27,988 nt of DNA from an uncultured archaeon (GCA_964357115.1 CAYHJZ010000001.1:1-27988), one strand, 5' to 3'. Shown: positions 8,758 to 17,756, numbered from the stretch's first letter. Numbers and translations are program-made. Notes: a model not told the origin generated them from the letters alone.

Positions 8758-8766
8758 GCGCGCGGG

Positions 8767-8934
8767 TTACGCGGCCTTTATTTTCTCTTCTAAATCCTTA
8801 ATGCGTTCTCCCACGCCTTTCGACTCATTGTCGAGCTGGTTCTTGTAGTCTTTCAACCACTCGATGCGCTCTTGGTGGGTCAAGAAGTTTCGCGCGGGGT
8901 GAACATCATTGGTATTGCAGCAGTATCCATTCAT
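8767..8934 (-). CDS. Small CC-motif coiled-coil protein (DUF5320-like C-terminal helix)
   Basis: 55 aa MNGYCCNTNDVHPARNFLTHQERIEWLKDYKNQLDNESKGVGERIKDLEEKIKAA. The longer track start overlaps padR and is unlikely. Confidence 0.7.
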   Translation of the reverse strand: MNGYCCNTNDVHPARNFLTHQERIEWLKDYKNQLDNESKGVGERIKDLEEKIKAA

Positions 8935-8949
8935 AGAAAAAACCTCCGA

Positions 8950-9005
8950 ATATCGGGTATACGATATATGATTGGGGATATATTTAAATCCATCGGACAC
9001 CCGAT
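8950..9005. promoter_or_regulatory. Divergent promoter with two ATCG-N6-CGAT palindromes flanking a TTTAAA box
   Basis: ATATCG-GGTATA-CGATAT (8950-8967), TTTAAA (8983-8988), ATCG-GACACC-CGAT (8992-9005). Confidence 0.6.
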
Positions 9006-9011
9006 AGGTGT

Positions 9012-9314
9012 ATGGGTAAAGGGAAGGGTGGCGACTGCTGCGACATGCGAGGATTTCTCTCCTTCCTGATTCTATTTCTACTCTCCAAAAAATCAATGCA
9101 CGGGCAAGAAATTGCCGACGAAATGGAGAAACGAAAAGGGGAGCGGCCTAGTCCGGGAACCATCTATCCTGCGTTAAAGTCTCTCAAGGAAGACGGACTC
9201 ATTACGGAAGAAAAAATAGGAAAAACCATTGTGTACTCCCTCACCGACGATGGGAAGAAATCGTTCAAAGTATCCAAGCAACGCTTCGTTCGAACATTTC
9301 TTGACGTGTTCTAA
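9012..9314 (+). CDS. PadR-family winged-helix transcriptional regulator with N-terminal CC motif
   Basis: LILFLLSKKSMHGQEIADE...PSPGTIYPALKSLKEDGLI...KTIVYSLTDDG is the canonical PadR pattern. Confidence 0.92.
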   Translation: MGKGKGGDCCDMRGFLSFLILFLLSKKSMHGQEIADEMEKRKGERPSPGTIYPALKSLKEDGLITEEKIGKTIVYSLTDDGKKSFKVSKQRFVRTFLDVF

Positions 9315-9460
9315 CGGCTTTTTTCCAAAAACCCGGGAAAAAGGAAATCGGGTCCCTTGCAGGAACCCCATACTCAAATTCAAAACAACTTTTTCAAAAA
9401 GCCAAGAAAAACATTTTTATCAAAAATTGCTTTAAATAATGCTCCGCCCCTGCTTCTGGA

Positions 9461-10093
9461 ATGAATACCCAAAATCCCTCTCCCCCTCTTCTCCTCCTTG
9501 GAATGTTTACACTTTTTTTACTAACCTTGGGGTGCGTGCAAAGCGGCGAGGAAATAACCATCGGAATTCCTCAAGTGGACTCTTCCGAGGCGGCAATGAA
9601 AGACGACTCCATGATGAAAGTGGATGAAACCACCCTGGTGAAAGACGAAGAAGTCGAGATGGATGAAGAAGACATAACTGTGCACGCCGATGTTAATGGT
9701 GTAGTAATAACGGATGGAAACACTGTTGTAGTTGAAACTGACACGAATGTCGTCCTAGTAGTCCCGGTAGAAACCCCTGAAATTATCGTCGACACCGAAA
9801 CCGACACCGAAACCTCGACTGAGCTCGAAGGCGAATTCCCTATTGAATACTGGTGCATTCCCGGGCAGACGGCGAGCATTTCCTCCGGAGACGGGTCGAC
9901 CCACACGGTGATTGAGGGAGTTTTTTCCTATGAGGGAAAGACCCTTTGTAAAGGAGTTTCGGTAACCGAAACGCCGAACTTCAGCGTGACGACCACGTAT
10001 TATTTTTCGTACAAGAACGAGGAAATGTATATTCTCACCAACGCGGGTGGACAAAACACGGTAGTGCACCTCGTGAATGGAGAAATCGTATAA
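9461..10093 (+). CDS. Acidic putative lipoprotein
   Basis: Hydrophobic stretch plus LGC lipobox; Glu/Asp/Thr-rich linker; C-terminal WC...C domain. Confidence 0.75.
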   Translation: MNTQNPSPPLLLLGMFTLFLLTLGCVQSGEEITIGIPQVDSSEAAMKDDSMMKVDETTLVKDEEVEMDEEDITVHADVNGVVITDGNTVVVETDTNVVLVVPVETPEIIVDTETDTETSTELEGEFPIEYWCIPGQTASISSGDGSTHTVIEGVFSYEGKTLCKGVSVTETPNFSVTTTYYFSYKNEEMYILTNAGGQNTVVHLVNGEIV

Positions 10094-10100
10094 CGCGAAA

Positions 10101-10880
10101 ATGGTTATGAAACTCGAGACGCGTGCCTCGGCACGCACTTCTCTTTTTCCTCGTTACGAAACACTCGACCTGCTCCGCGGCCTTAGCGTAGTGGGAATGA
10201 TTATTTTCCACTTTGTTTTTGACTTGCGCTTTTTTCTGAATTATCCTATCGATATACATTCGGGTTTCTGGTTCGTCTTCGCACGCGTCACGGCATTTAG
10301 CTTCGTCTTCCTGGCGGGAATATCCATTCCTCTTTCCATTCGTCGAAAAAAAGACACGCCGGTTCATGCGTTGTTGGTGAGAAAGGGAGCGCTTCTCCTT
10401 GGAGTAGGATTCCTGATCACGCTCGCCACACTCCTCGTATTTCCTCAATATCCCATTTGGTTTGGCGTGCTCCACCTTCTCGGCGTAGGAACGCTTTTCG
10501 GAACTCTATTCTGGAATCGCCCGCGCGCGAGTATTGCAATTGGATTGCTGATTCTCGGAATGGGGCTTGCATTCTCGCTGTGGAATGGGGTATTTTCCCT
10601 TCCTGAATGGGTGGGGATTTTTCCATTTGCGTTGGCGACGTTGGATTACTTTCCCCTCTTTCCGTGGTTAGGGGTCATGCTCGTAGGAATGGGGGCGGGT
10701 AATTGGCTAGAGACCCATTCTAACTTTTCTCAACGGTACATGCACTTTCGCGTGCGCGGGATTTCTCCTCTTCTTGAAGGAATGGGAAAACACTCCCTGC
10801 TCATTTACCTTATTCACCAACCTATTTTGGTTGGAATGATTGGAGTGGTTGAAAAAATAGTTAGTGCACTTCTCTTGTGA
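10101..10880 (+). CDS. DUF1624/heparan-alpha-glucosaminide N-acetyltransferase-like membrane protein
   Basis: RYETLDLLRGLSVVGMIIFH, FGVLHLLG, DYFPLFPWLG and GKHSLLIYLIHQP motifs. Confidence 0.88.
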   Translation: MVMKLETRASARTSLFPRYETLDLLRGLSVVGMIIFHFVFDLRFFLNYPIDIHSGFWFVFARVTAFSFVFLAGISIPLSIRRKKDTPVHALLVRKGALLLGVGFLITLATLLVFPQYPIWFGVLHLLGVGTLFGTLFWNRPRASIAIGLLILGMGLAFSLWNGVFSLPEWVGIFPFALATLDYFPLFPWLGVMLVGMGAGNWLETHSNFSQRYMHFRVRGISPLLEGMGKHSLLIYLIHQPILVGMIGVVEKIVSALLL

Positions 10881-10928
10881 TTAGAAGTTTGGCGCGCTAT
10901 TTTTTTGTGCTATACTCTACTACTCTCC

Positions 10929-11432
10929 CTAACACGTGGCGCCCGCGCTAGGAGTAGTGCTCTCTACTTGGGAAACAAAGCACGTTTCGTTTTTGCACGC
11001 GAGGAGGCGATAATGATACGTGGTTCCGTTGACTACTCCTCCAGATGCCACTTGGGTTTCAAAGAATGGAAGCGGGAAGAAAACTATTTGAGGATCCATA
11101 CTGGTGGCAAAGGCATCGGAATCCTGGAGTGCTGTCACTGAACTTATGCTTTCGGATTGAGCTAAGGTTATACTGCTTGCTCCCGGAGCCGAGTACTGAA
11201 TAATCACTTGCCCCTCGCCGCCACAGACGATCAATGAAATCGTTGTGAGTGGAGTGGATTCTACCTCCACGATTTTATCGCCAATCGTGACGTTATCCAC
11301 TATCGCATTATCCAGAATTCCCTGCCCTTGTTGCGTGGTGGTGAGGGCTATCACAAGGATGGTGATCGCTACTAACACGCCGGCGCCGATGAGGAGAATA
11401 TACTCCATGCTCCCTTGTCCTGGACTATCCAT
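10929..11432 (-). CDS. Class III signal peptide (pilin-like) protein with C-terminal FnIII-like segment
   Basis: GQ|GSMEYILLIGAGVLVAITILVIAL N-terminus; NGTTYHYRLLAC near the C-terminus. Confidence 0.75.
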   Translation of the reverse strand: MDSPGQGSMEYILLIGAGVLVAITILVIALTTTQQGQGILDNAIVDNVTIGDKIVEVESTPLTTISLIVCGGEGQVIIQYSAPGASSITLAQSESISSVTALQDSDAFATSMDPQIVFFPLPFFETQVASGGVVNGTTYHYRLLACKNETCFVSQVESTTPSAGATC

Positions 11433-11527
11433 GCGTGAAAAAACAATTCTTTCTTTTTAAGGGGCGTCGCACGCTTGCTTTGAACTATTGGGAGAATTCT
11501 TTTAATGGTGAAAAAAGGCTTTTCTAT

Positions 11528-12568
11528 ATGGAACTCAACAACCCCCTCGTCCTCATCGGAGTCGTCGCCGGACTCGCTATCCTTCTCGGCGGAATCAACG
11601 CACTGATCGGGGGACCTGCCTCAGTGCCGGCGTCTCTCGTCATCGATAAAACGGGTTTTGCCCTTGCTCCTGAACTCAAGGGAATTAGCGGCTACATTAA
11701 TGCGGAAGACGACTTTACGCTCGCCTCGCTAAAAGGAAAGGTCGTAATCGTGGACTTTTGGACGTACTCCTGCATTAACTGCATCCGCACGCAACCCTAC
11801 CTTAATGCGTGGCATGAAAAGTACGCCGACCAAGGGCTGGTAATCGTGGGCGTGCACACCCCCGAGTTTTCATTTGAAAAAGAATACGAGAACGTACTCC
11901 TCGCCACGCAGGATGCCGGAATCCAATACCCTGTGGTGCTCGACAACGATTACGCCACGTGGCGTGCGTATGCGAATCGATACTGGCCGAGAAAATACCT
12001 CATTGACGCGGAAGGGTACATTCGCTACGACCACATTGGGGAAGGGGGATACGACGAGACGGAGGAATGGATTCAGAAACTCCTCAGCGAGAAAGATGCT
12101 TTACTTGCGTTTGATGACTCCCTATCGGCGGATGAGGTGAACGCCGCCGCCGTGGACTTTTCTAAAATTGGAACACCGGAAATTTATCTCGGCTACTCGT
12201 TCGCGCGCGCTCCCTTAGGAAGCCCGGAAGGATTCCAACCCGAGCAGACGGTGGAATATTCGATTCCTGAAACGGTTTCCCCCAACCTCGCCGCGCTTTC
12301 GGGAACGTGGATTAACACGCCTGACTACATGGAATTATCCTCCGAAGAAGGGGAAGTGCGCTTAGAATACACGGCTAAAAATGTGAACATCGTGGCGGCG
12401 AACGCGGCGACGCTGGACGTTTACCTCGATGGAGAAAAAATCTCCACCATCGAAACTAATGCGGAACAATTATACTCGCTCATCACGACTCCTAACTATG
12501 AGACGCACGTGCTCACATTCAAGGTGAAGGGAAAAGGATTCCAACTCTACACATTCACGTTTGGCTAA
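11528..12568 (+). CDS. DipZ-like membrane-anchored thioredoxin/redoxin with C-terminal DipZ domain
   Basis: GKVVIVDFWTYSCINCIRT (CxxC), VGVHTPEFSFEK, NRYWPRKYLID, HIGEGGY, TPEIYLGY, YTFTFG end. ATG 11528 precedes the TM helix. Confidence 0.9.
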   Translation: MELNNPLVLIGVVAGLAILLGGINALIGGPASVPASLVIDKTGFALAPELKGISGYINAEDDFTLASLKGKVVIVDFWTYSCINCIRTQPYLNAWHEKYADQGLVIVGVHTPEFSFEKEYENVLLATQDAGIQYPVVLDNDYATWRAYANRYWPRKYLIDAEGYIRYDHIGEGGYDETEEWIQKLLSEKDALLAFDDSLSADEVNAAAVDFSKIGTPEIYLGYSFARAPLGSPEGFQPEQTVEYSIPETVSPNLAALSGTWINTPDYMELSSEEGEVRLEYTAKNVNIVAANAATLDVYLDGEKISTIETNAEQLYSLITTPNYETHVLTFKVKGKGFQLYTFTFG

Positions 12569-13203
12569 GCTTTAACCGGCTTGGTCTCTTCTGAATTCTT
12601 TCCGAGAATCATCCACTTGGTGTAGATCATAATACGAAGCGTCAATTCGAGGAGAGACAAATATATCACGAAGGGAAGGAGGCTGGCTCCCAACTCCGGG
12701 AGAAATTCCACACGCTCGAGCAAACTTTTCACGTTAAAAAATTCCGGCTCGGCCAGCGCGGTTGCTAAAATGGCGATTGGAATGGCCTTGGCTAATTCTT
12801 GCGCGGTATCTTGATTATAGTACGCTAAAATTCGCACGCCGGAAATTACTGCAATGGAAATCAACACGATTTGGGAAACGGGTTGGTTCTGCGCGATGAA
12901 AAAGAGCAATAATACAAAACCCGCAAACCAAAAAAAGGAAATAATAGGGAAAAAAATTCCATACTTAACGAGTCGAAGCAAGGCTAAAATAAAATCCTCC
13001 AAAAAACCCACGACTCCCGGGTGTTTGAACGAAAGCGTGTGCGCAAAAATATCCCTCCGTGCGACGGAACGATAAAAAAACCAAATAATGGTCACGTACA
13101 CGGCTAATACGATCGCGTACGAGAGCCAGAGACCAATACTCGTCCACGCGAATGAACTCGTGCCGCTTGCGGAAAAAATACTCTCGAGAAAAGATTCTAC
13201 CAT
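12565..13203 (-). CDS. Hypothetical multi-pass membrane protein
   Basis: About 5 TM helices; converges on the DipZ-like gene with overlapping stops. Confidence 0.75.
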   Translation of the reverse strand: MVESFLESIFSASGTSSFAWTSIGLWLSYAIVLAVYVTIIWFFYRSVARRDIFAHTLSFKHPGVVGFLEDFILALLRLVKYGIFFPIISFFWFAGFVLLLFFIAQNQPVSQIVLISIAVISGVRILAYYNQDTAQELAKAIPIAILATALAEPEFFNVKSLLERVEFLPELGASLLPFVIYLSLLELTLRIMIYTKWMILGKNSEETKPVKA

Positions 13204-13232
13204 TCCCAGGGAAACAAAATGGAGTATAAAAA

Positions 13233-14567
13233 CTAGTATCGAAACGTGTCCACGCGACTCGAGGGAGCCATGTCGCCCGAAATAGGAGTCAGCATTCTCC
13301 GGCGAACCTCATTCAAGTCCCTCGTTTGGGCGAGCACCCAACCCAACTTCACATACGCTGTTTCAGAGGGCATGTCTTCTAACCCCACGGCTCCCGCCTC
13401 TTGCATGAGACGACCATTCGAATACACGTTCAAATTCACTCGACCATAGACGGTCTGACTTGTAATAAAGACCGGAACCCCTCGCTGAGTGAGCGAATGA
13501 ATCACGGGAATCCAATCCGAGTGCACGTGACCTAGCCCCGTGCCCTCAATCACTAGCCCCTCTATTCCTTTCTCGACGTAACACGTAATCATCTCTTTCG
13601 CCATGCCGGGGAAGGTTTTAATCAACGCAACGTTGGGATTAAACACGGCATTCAATACCGGCTTGCGCGACGCGTCGCGTTTCTGGTACTCGGATAAGAA
13701 ATCAATCTTCCCATCCGTCGTGACGGTAGCAATAGGCACGTCATTAATGGGGCGAAACGCATCCCGACGTGAGGTGTGGAGCTTTCGTACTTTAGTTCCA
13801 CGTAAGAAAAAACAATCCGTGTCGGAGGTAGTGGCGTGCATGCAGATTCCAACTTCCGCGACGGAAGAAAGCGCCATGTGGGCGGCGCAAATCAAATTAT
13901 GATTGGCGTCACTACTTCCCCTGTCCGAGGAGCGCTGCGAACCCACCAAAACAATAGGCTTGTTGAGATCCTGAATCATATACGAGAGTGCGGCCGAGGT
14001 GTAATGCAACGTGTCCGTCCCATGCGTGAGCAAAATGCCCGAAACCGAATCCTTCTGGAGCTCCTTAAAACACGCTTTCGCTAAAACAATCCAATCCTCG
14101 TGAGAAATATTTTCGCTCAACTTCGAAAAGGGCGACGTAATCGAATCAAAATGTGCAAACGAACCAATCTCAGGAATGAGAGCGAGCATCTCATTCGGCG
14201 TCATCAACGGACTCACACCCGCTGTAGCGTAATCCACCTTGCTCCCAATGGTTCCCCCCGCGCGAATCAATGAAATGCCAGGTTTATCCAGTGCTTTCAC
14301 GTGCGATCCGTGCGCGTCCTCGGCGCTATTCAAGCGAAATGCTTCGTGCTGTCCCTCGAGTTTTTTTATTTCCGAAACATGCTGGAGGGCCAAACCCACA
14401 TTATACCCGGAAGATAATTTGAGTGACAAAAAAGGAGAGGCTTCGGGATTGGGCTGGGGCAACATAATACCCTTCATCTCGAGGCCCTTCCACACGACGT
14501 GAACGTGGTCGCCCACGGAGAGTTTCTTCTCAATCATCAACGACGCGAGCGTGGGAGGGGAAGTCAT
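13233..14567 (-). CDS. gatD: Glutamyl-tRNA(Gln) amidotransferase subunit D
   Basis: N-terminal LKLSSGYNVG domain plus asparaginase fold: GGTIGSKVDY, HGTDTLHYT, VGSQRSSDRGSSD, KLHTSRRDAF, GTGLGHV. Confidence 0.96.
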   Translation of the reverse strand: MTSPPTLASLMIEKKLSVGDHVHVVWKGLEMKGIMLPQPNPEASPFLSLKLSSGYNVGLALQHVSEIKKLEGQHEAFRLNSAEDAHGSHVKALDKPGISLIRAGGTIGSKVDYATAGVSPLMTPNEMLALIPEIGSFAHFDSITSPFSKLSENISHEDWIVLAKACFKELQKDSVSGILLTHGTDTLHYTSAALSYMIQDLNKPIVLVGSQRSSDRGSSDANHNLICAAHMALSSVAEVGICMHATTSDTDCFFLRGTKVRKLHTSRRDAFRPINDVPIATVTTDGKIDFLSEYQKRDASRKPVLNAVFNPNVALIKTFPGMAKEMITCYVEKGIEGLVIEGTGLGHVHSDWIPVIHSLTQRGVPVFITSQTVYGRVNLNVYSNGRLMQEAGAVGLEDMPSETAYVKLGWVLAQTRDLNEVRRRMLTPISGDMAPSSRVDTFRY

Positions 14568-14643
14568 ACCCGATACAATCCCGCGGAGCTTAAAAAAAGG
14601 GGTGGAAGAGCGGGTTAAAATATCCTAAAGACTTTTCCATGGG

Positions 14644-15336
14644 ATGACTCCTCGAAGGCAAGGGCTTCGTGTCACTGTGCACACGAGAAAGGTTTTGCCT
14701 GCCAAAAAAGCTCTTTCGAGAAAAAGACCCTCTTTTGTTCCCGAGAAGAGTGCGTACGCCAATTACAAAGGAGTCAATCTAGAAGAAGTGGTGATCGGAA
14801 TTGAAAAAAACATTGCCAGTGTTGCGGGGCGTTTTTCATTTAACATGCATGACCTGGAATCCAAAGACGATCTCCAACAGTATCTTACCATTGAAGCTCT
14901 TACTATGGGACGACAACTCGTGGATCGAGGTATCTCTGGAGAAATCGATCTGCGGAAAATTATTACTTCAAAATTGAAACAGCGATGCGTGGATTACTAT
15001 CGAAGTCACGGAATACGAAAATCGCGTGCGAAAAGAACGAAAGGACAATACCGTGATCGAATTCGGACGTTTGGGGAAATGGGTCTAGAAGAACATCGCC
15101 TGCTCGATTCAAGTTGGGATAATGCGTCACGTGAGATGGACGCACGTGATCAAGTGGATCACTTACTTCGAAAACTTAGTGAAAGGTTCTCCCAACGAGA
15201 CATTGCAATTACGATGCACTACCTTGCTAACCGACACTCGGCTGAACGAATAGGCAAGAAGTTCAAACTATCTCCCACTCGAGTACTACAAATCGTTGAA
15301 TCCGTTCGATCGTTTTTCCCAAAACTTAAAGAATAA
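14644..15336 (+). CDS. Sigma-70-like protein (region 2 plus region 4 HTH; FliA/ECF-like)
   Basis: Region 2-like IASVAGRF...KDDLQQ...KLKQRCVDYYRS; region 4-like LSERFSQRDIAITMHY...SAERIGKKFKLSPTRVLQI. Confidence 0.65.
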   Translation: MTPRRQGLRVTVHTRKVLPAKKALSRKRPSFVPEKSAYANYKGVNLEEVVIGIEKNIASVAGRFSFNMHDLESKDDLQQYLTIEALTMGRQLVDRGISGEIDLRKIITSKLKQRCVDYYRSHGIRKSRAKRTKGQYRDRIRTFGEMGLEEHRLLDSSWDNASREMDARDQVDHLLRKLSERFSQRDIAITMHYLANRHSAERIGKKFKLSPTRVLQIVESVRSFFPKLKE

Positions 15337-15362
15337 CCTTTGCACGAAATAAAAGAGGTCGC

Positions 15363-15932
15363 ATGAAACTCTACTTCGGCATTCGTTTTTCGAAACACGT
15401 GGTGTGGGAAATTAATCACGCGATTCGAAAACCCTTGCTGGGTCTTCCACATTCTCTCCGTGTTCCAAAACCTTCATACTGGCATCTCACGACGCACTTC
15501 ATCGGAGAAGTGACTCCGCGCAGCGCGAATGAAATCATTCGACGTATGAAATCGGCTCGCGCGCCGTTTGTAGGAACCATTCGCCTCGGGGGCGTGCCTC
15601 CGGTGGGAACGTTTGGAAAAAACATCTTGTTTGTTCGTGTGGAAGACGAGAGCGGCGTGTTGCATTCGTTGAATGAATGGGGAAAAGAACTCGCTCCCGT
15701 GCGAAGTCACGCGCGCTTCGAACCCCACATTACGGTGGCACGAAACCCCAAAGACGAAGAGTGGAATTCTATTGTCGAACACCTTTCCGCGCAAAAACTA
15801 TCCCTTTCGATTCCCGTGAGGGAGGTTTTACTCCTTCAATCCAAGGAAGTCCGGGGAATGAAACATCATCGTGTACTTGCGAAAAAAGCGCTTCTTCCTA
15901 TTGGTTTTCGCTCTCCTAAGAGCGAGCATTAA
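15363..15932 (+). CDS. thpR: RNA 2',3'-cyclic phosphodiesterase / 2'-5' RNA ligase (2H phosphoesterase)
   Basis: Two HxT motifs (WHLTTHFIG; PHITVAR) and LLQS near the C-terminus. Confidence 0.88.
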   Translation: MKLYFGIRFSKHVVWEINHAIRKPLLGLPHSLRVPKPSYWHLTTHFIGEVTPRSANEIIRRMKSARAPFVGTIRLGGVPPVGTFGKNILFVRVEDESGVLHSLNEWGKELAPVRSHARFEPHITVARNPKDEEWNSIVEHLSAQKLSLSIPVREVLLLQSKEVRGMKHHRVLAKKALLPIGFRSPKSEH

Positions 15933-15998
15933 AAAGGCTGTTGGATTCTCCTCCCGTATACATGTTTGCGCCGACTGCGCAAGGGAGTATGAGGAATT

Positions 15999-16157
15999 AT
16001 GCCAGCGAAAAAACCTGCTTTTGGTGGATACAGCATTAACTTCAAAGGACGAACGGACACCATTGAAGAAATCATGGGAAACAAACCCATTGCGCCCAGC
16101 GAAATGACCAAGAGAATTTGGGCATTCGTGAAGAAGCACAGCTTGTCCAATAAATAA
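15999..16157 (+). CDS. 52-aa SWIB/MDM2-like mini-protein (not in the ORF track)
   Basis: My translation: MPAKKPAFGGYSINFKGRTDTIEEIMGNKPIAPSEMTKRIWAFVKKHSLSNK*. GAGGA RBS upstream, hairpin plus T-tract downstream. Confidence 0.75.
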   Translation: MPAKKPAFGGYSINFKGRTDTIEEIMGNKPIAPSEMTKRIWAFVKKHSLSNK

Positions 16158-16174
16158 TTCGAAACACTTTTCTC

Positions 16175-16217
16175 GAAGGGGCGAGGGATCAACCCTCCCT
16201 CTTCTCACTCTTTTTCT
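16175..16217 (+). terminator. Hairpin plus T-tract putative terminator
   Basis: GAAGGGG-C-GAGGG atcaa CCCTC-CCTCTTC followed by tcactctttttt. Confidence 0.45.
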
Positions 16218-16292
16218 CTCTATTTTTTGCCTTTTGTATAGGGGCATTAAAAACAAAACGCGATGCAAGATATAGAGTAGGAGGATCTTTCC

Positions 16293-16685
16293 ATGGATTC
16301 ATGCAACACAACCGGAAACGCACAGGTGGGTGGCACACAGACTGCACACCACGCGCACGCAAGTATTATTTCGCTCAGCGAGAAGGCCGCGGAGAAAGTA
16401 AAAGAATTTATGGTTAAAGACGGAAAACACGGATACGGATTGCGCGTCCAAGTATTGCCTGGCGGATGCTCGGGATACACGTACTCGCTCACGTTTCAAA
16501 AAAGCGGATTGGATAGCGACATCAAAATCGAATCACACGGCGTGGTCGTGTATGTGGACAAGATGTCCGAAGAACTCATTCAAGGAAGCACGATTGATTA
16601 CGCAGAATCGTTGAACGGAGCCGGATTCACGGTGAACAACCCTCAAGTGAACTCGAGCTGCGGTTGCGGAAAAAGCTGGTCGTAA
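16293..16685 (+). CDS. A-type iron-sulfur cluster carrier (HesB/IscA/ErpA family)
   Basis: ISLSEKAAEKV, GLRVQVLPGGCSGYTY, GSTIDYAESLNGAGFTVNNP, SSCGCGKS. Confidence 0.95.
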   Translation: MDSCNTTGNAQVGGTQTAHHAHASIISLSEKAAEKVKEFMVKDGKHGYGLRVQVLPGGCSGYTYSLTFQKSGLDSDIKIESHGVVVYVDKMSEELIQGSTIDYAESLNGAGFTVNNPQVNSSCGCGKSWS

Positions 16686-16760
16686 AAAAACCAGCCAATT
16701 TTTTATTTTTGTTTTATTTTTAATTTTTAACTTTCCAAAAAGAGTTACTCGAAAAGGAGA

Positions 16761-17225
16761 ATGTTTTTCATGACGCTCACCGAAGGAAAAAAAGCACCCA
16801 ATTTTTCTCTCTACGACACGGAAGGAAAAACCGTGACCCTGTCGCAACTCAAAGGAAAGAAAGTCGTTTTGTATTTTTACCCTCGCGATGATACGCCCGG
16901 GTGTACGGCGGAAGCGTGCGAGTTCCGAGACAACCTCGCTCGCGTCAAAAGGAAAGATGCGCTCGTGTTTGGCGTGAGCAAGGACACGATGGAGAGTCAT
17001 CAAAAGTTCTCCAAAAAATACGAGCTAAACTTTCCCCTCCTTTCCGATCCGGAAGGAAAAATGATCGAAGCCTATGGTGCGTGGGGGGAAAAGTCTCTCT
17101 ATGGAAAAAAATTCATGGGAATCATTCGAAGCACGGTCATCATCGACGAAGACGGGAACATTCTCAAGCACTTTCCCAAAGTCACTCCTAAAGGACACGC
17201 GGAAGAAGTGCTGGCTGCGCTATGA
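16761..17225 (+). CDS. bcp: Peroxiredoxin, BCP/PrxQ family
   Basis: [47 protein letters not shown]. Alternative start at 16770. Confidence 0.95.
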   Translation: MFFMTLTEGKKAPNFSLYDTEGKTVTLSQLKGKKVVLYFYPRDDTPGCTAEACEFRDNLARVKRKDALVFGVSKDTMESHQKFSKKYELNFPLLSDPEGKMIEAYGAWGEKSLYGKKFMGIIRSTVIIDEDGNILKHFPKVTPKGHAEEVLAAL

Positions 17226-17756
17226 CATCCTGATGTCCGTCAGAACATCGATAAGGGAACTCGCGTTTTTGAGAATGGAAGCAAGGTGTTGCTCTATTAT
17301 TTCGTGTTGCGATTCAGCCCATTCTTTCCTGTCGGGATATTTTTTAGCAATGTCTTTTGATATTGTGCGGGTTTGCGTTCCCAATGAATAGATTTTATCC
17401 ATAGTGGACAAGATTTCGCGTTTAATGAAATAAATCTCTCGCTCTCTTTTTTCTAAAGGAATCGATTGAAAGTGCTGAAGCAATTTTTTTCGAGAACGGG
17501 GAGCCGAGTCATCCATCCAGCGGTTCATGGTTCGAGCGACCTCTGAATTGTTTAACAATGAGAGAATCGCTTCCCGTGTTTTGCGTTCTCGAACTCGAGG
17601 AGAGGGGATGCGACTCAATAAATCCACTTGGCCGAAAAAATGAAGACCATCGGCGGGCTTCGAGCCGAGGGGCTGTTTTTTCCTCCATCGTACAAGATGA
17701 AGCCGGTTGACTCGCTTCTGAATCCACCGACGAAAAGAGAAACGCATGAGGTTCAC
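17220..17756 (-). CDS. Hypothetical basic helical protein (ORFan)
   Basis: GTG start overlaps the TGA of the upstream YdeI-like gene (GTGA coupling); Arg-rich N-terminus. Confidence 0.55.
   Translation of the reverse strand: MNLMRFSFRRWIQKRVNRLHLVRWRKKQPLGSKPADGLHFFGQVDLLSRIPSPRVRERKTREAILSLLNNSEVARTMNRWMDDSAPRSRKKLLQHFQSIPLEKREREIYFIKREILSTMDKIYSLGTQTRTISKDIAKKYPDRKEWAESQHEIIEQHLASILKNASSLIDVLTDIRMS

Noticed and set aside
8935-9096. N-terminal extension of the 8767..9096 ORF
   Set aside because: It overlaps padR and the divergent promoter; the real start is most likely the ATG at 8934.
15871-16268. Track ORFs 15871..16107(+), 15929..16192(-), 15828..16268(-)
   Set aside because: Better explained by the 52-aa SWIB-like ORF at 15999..16157, which has an RBS and a terminator.
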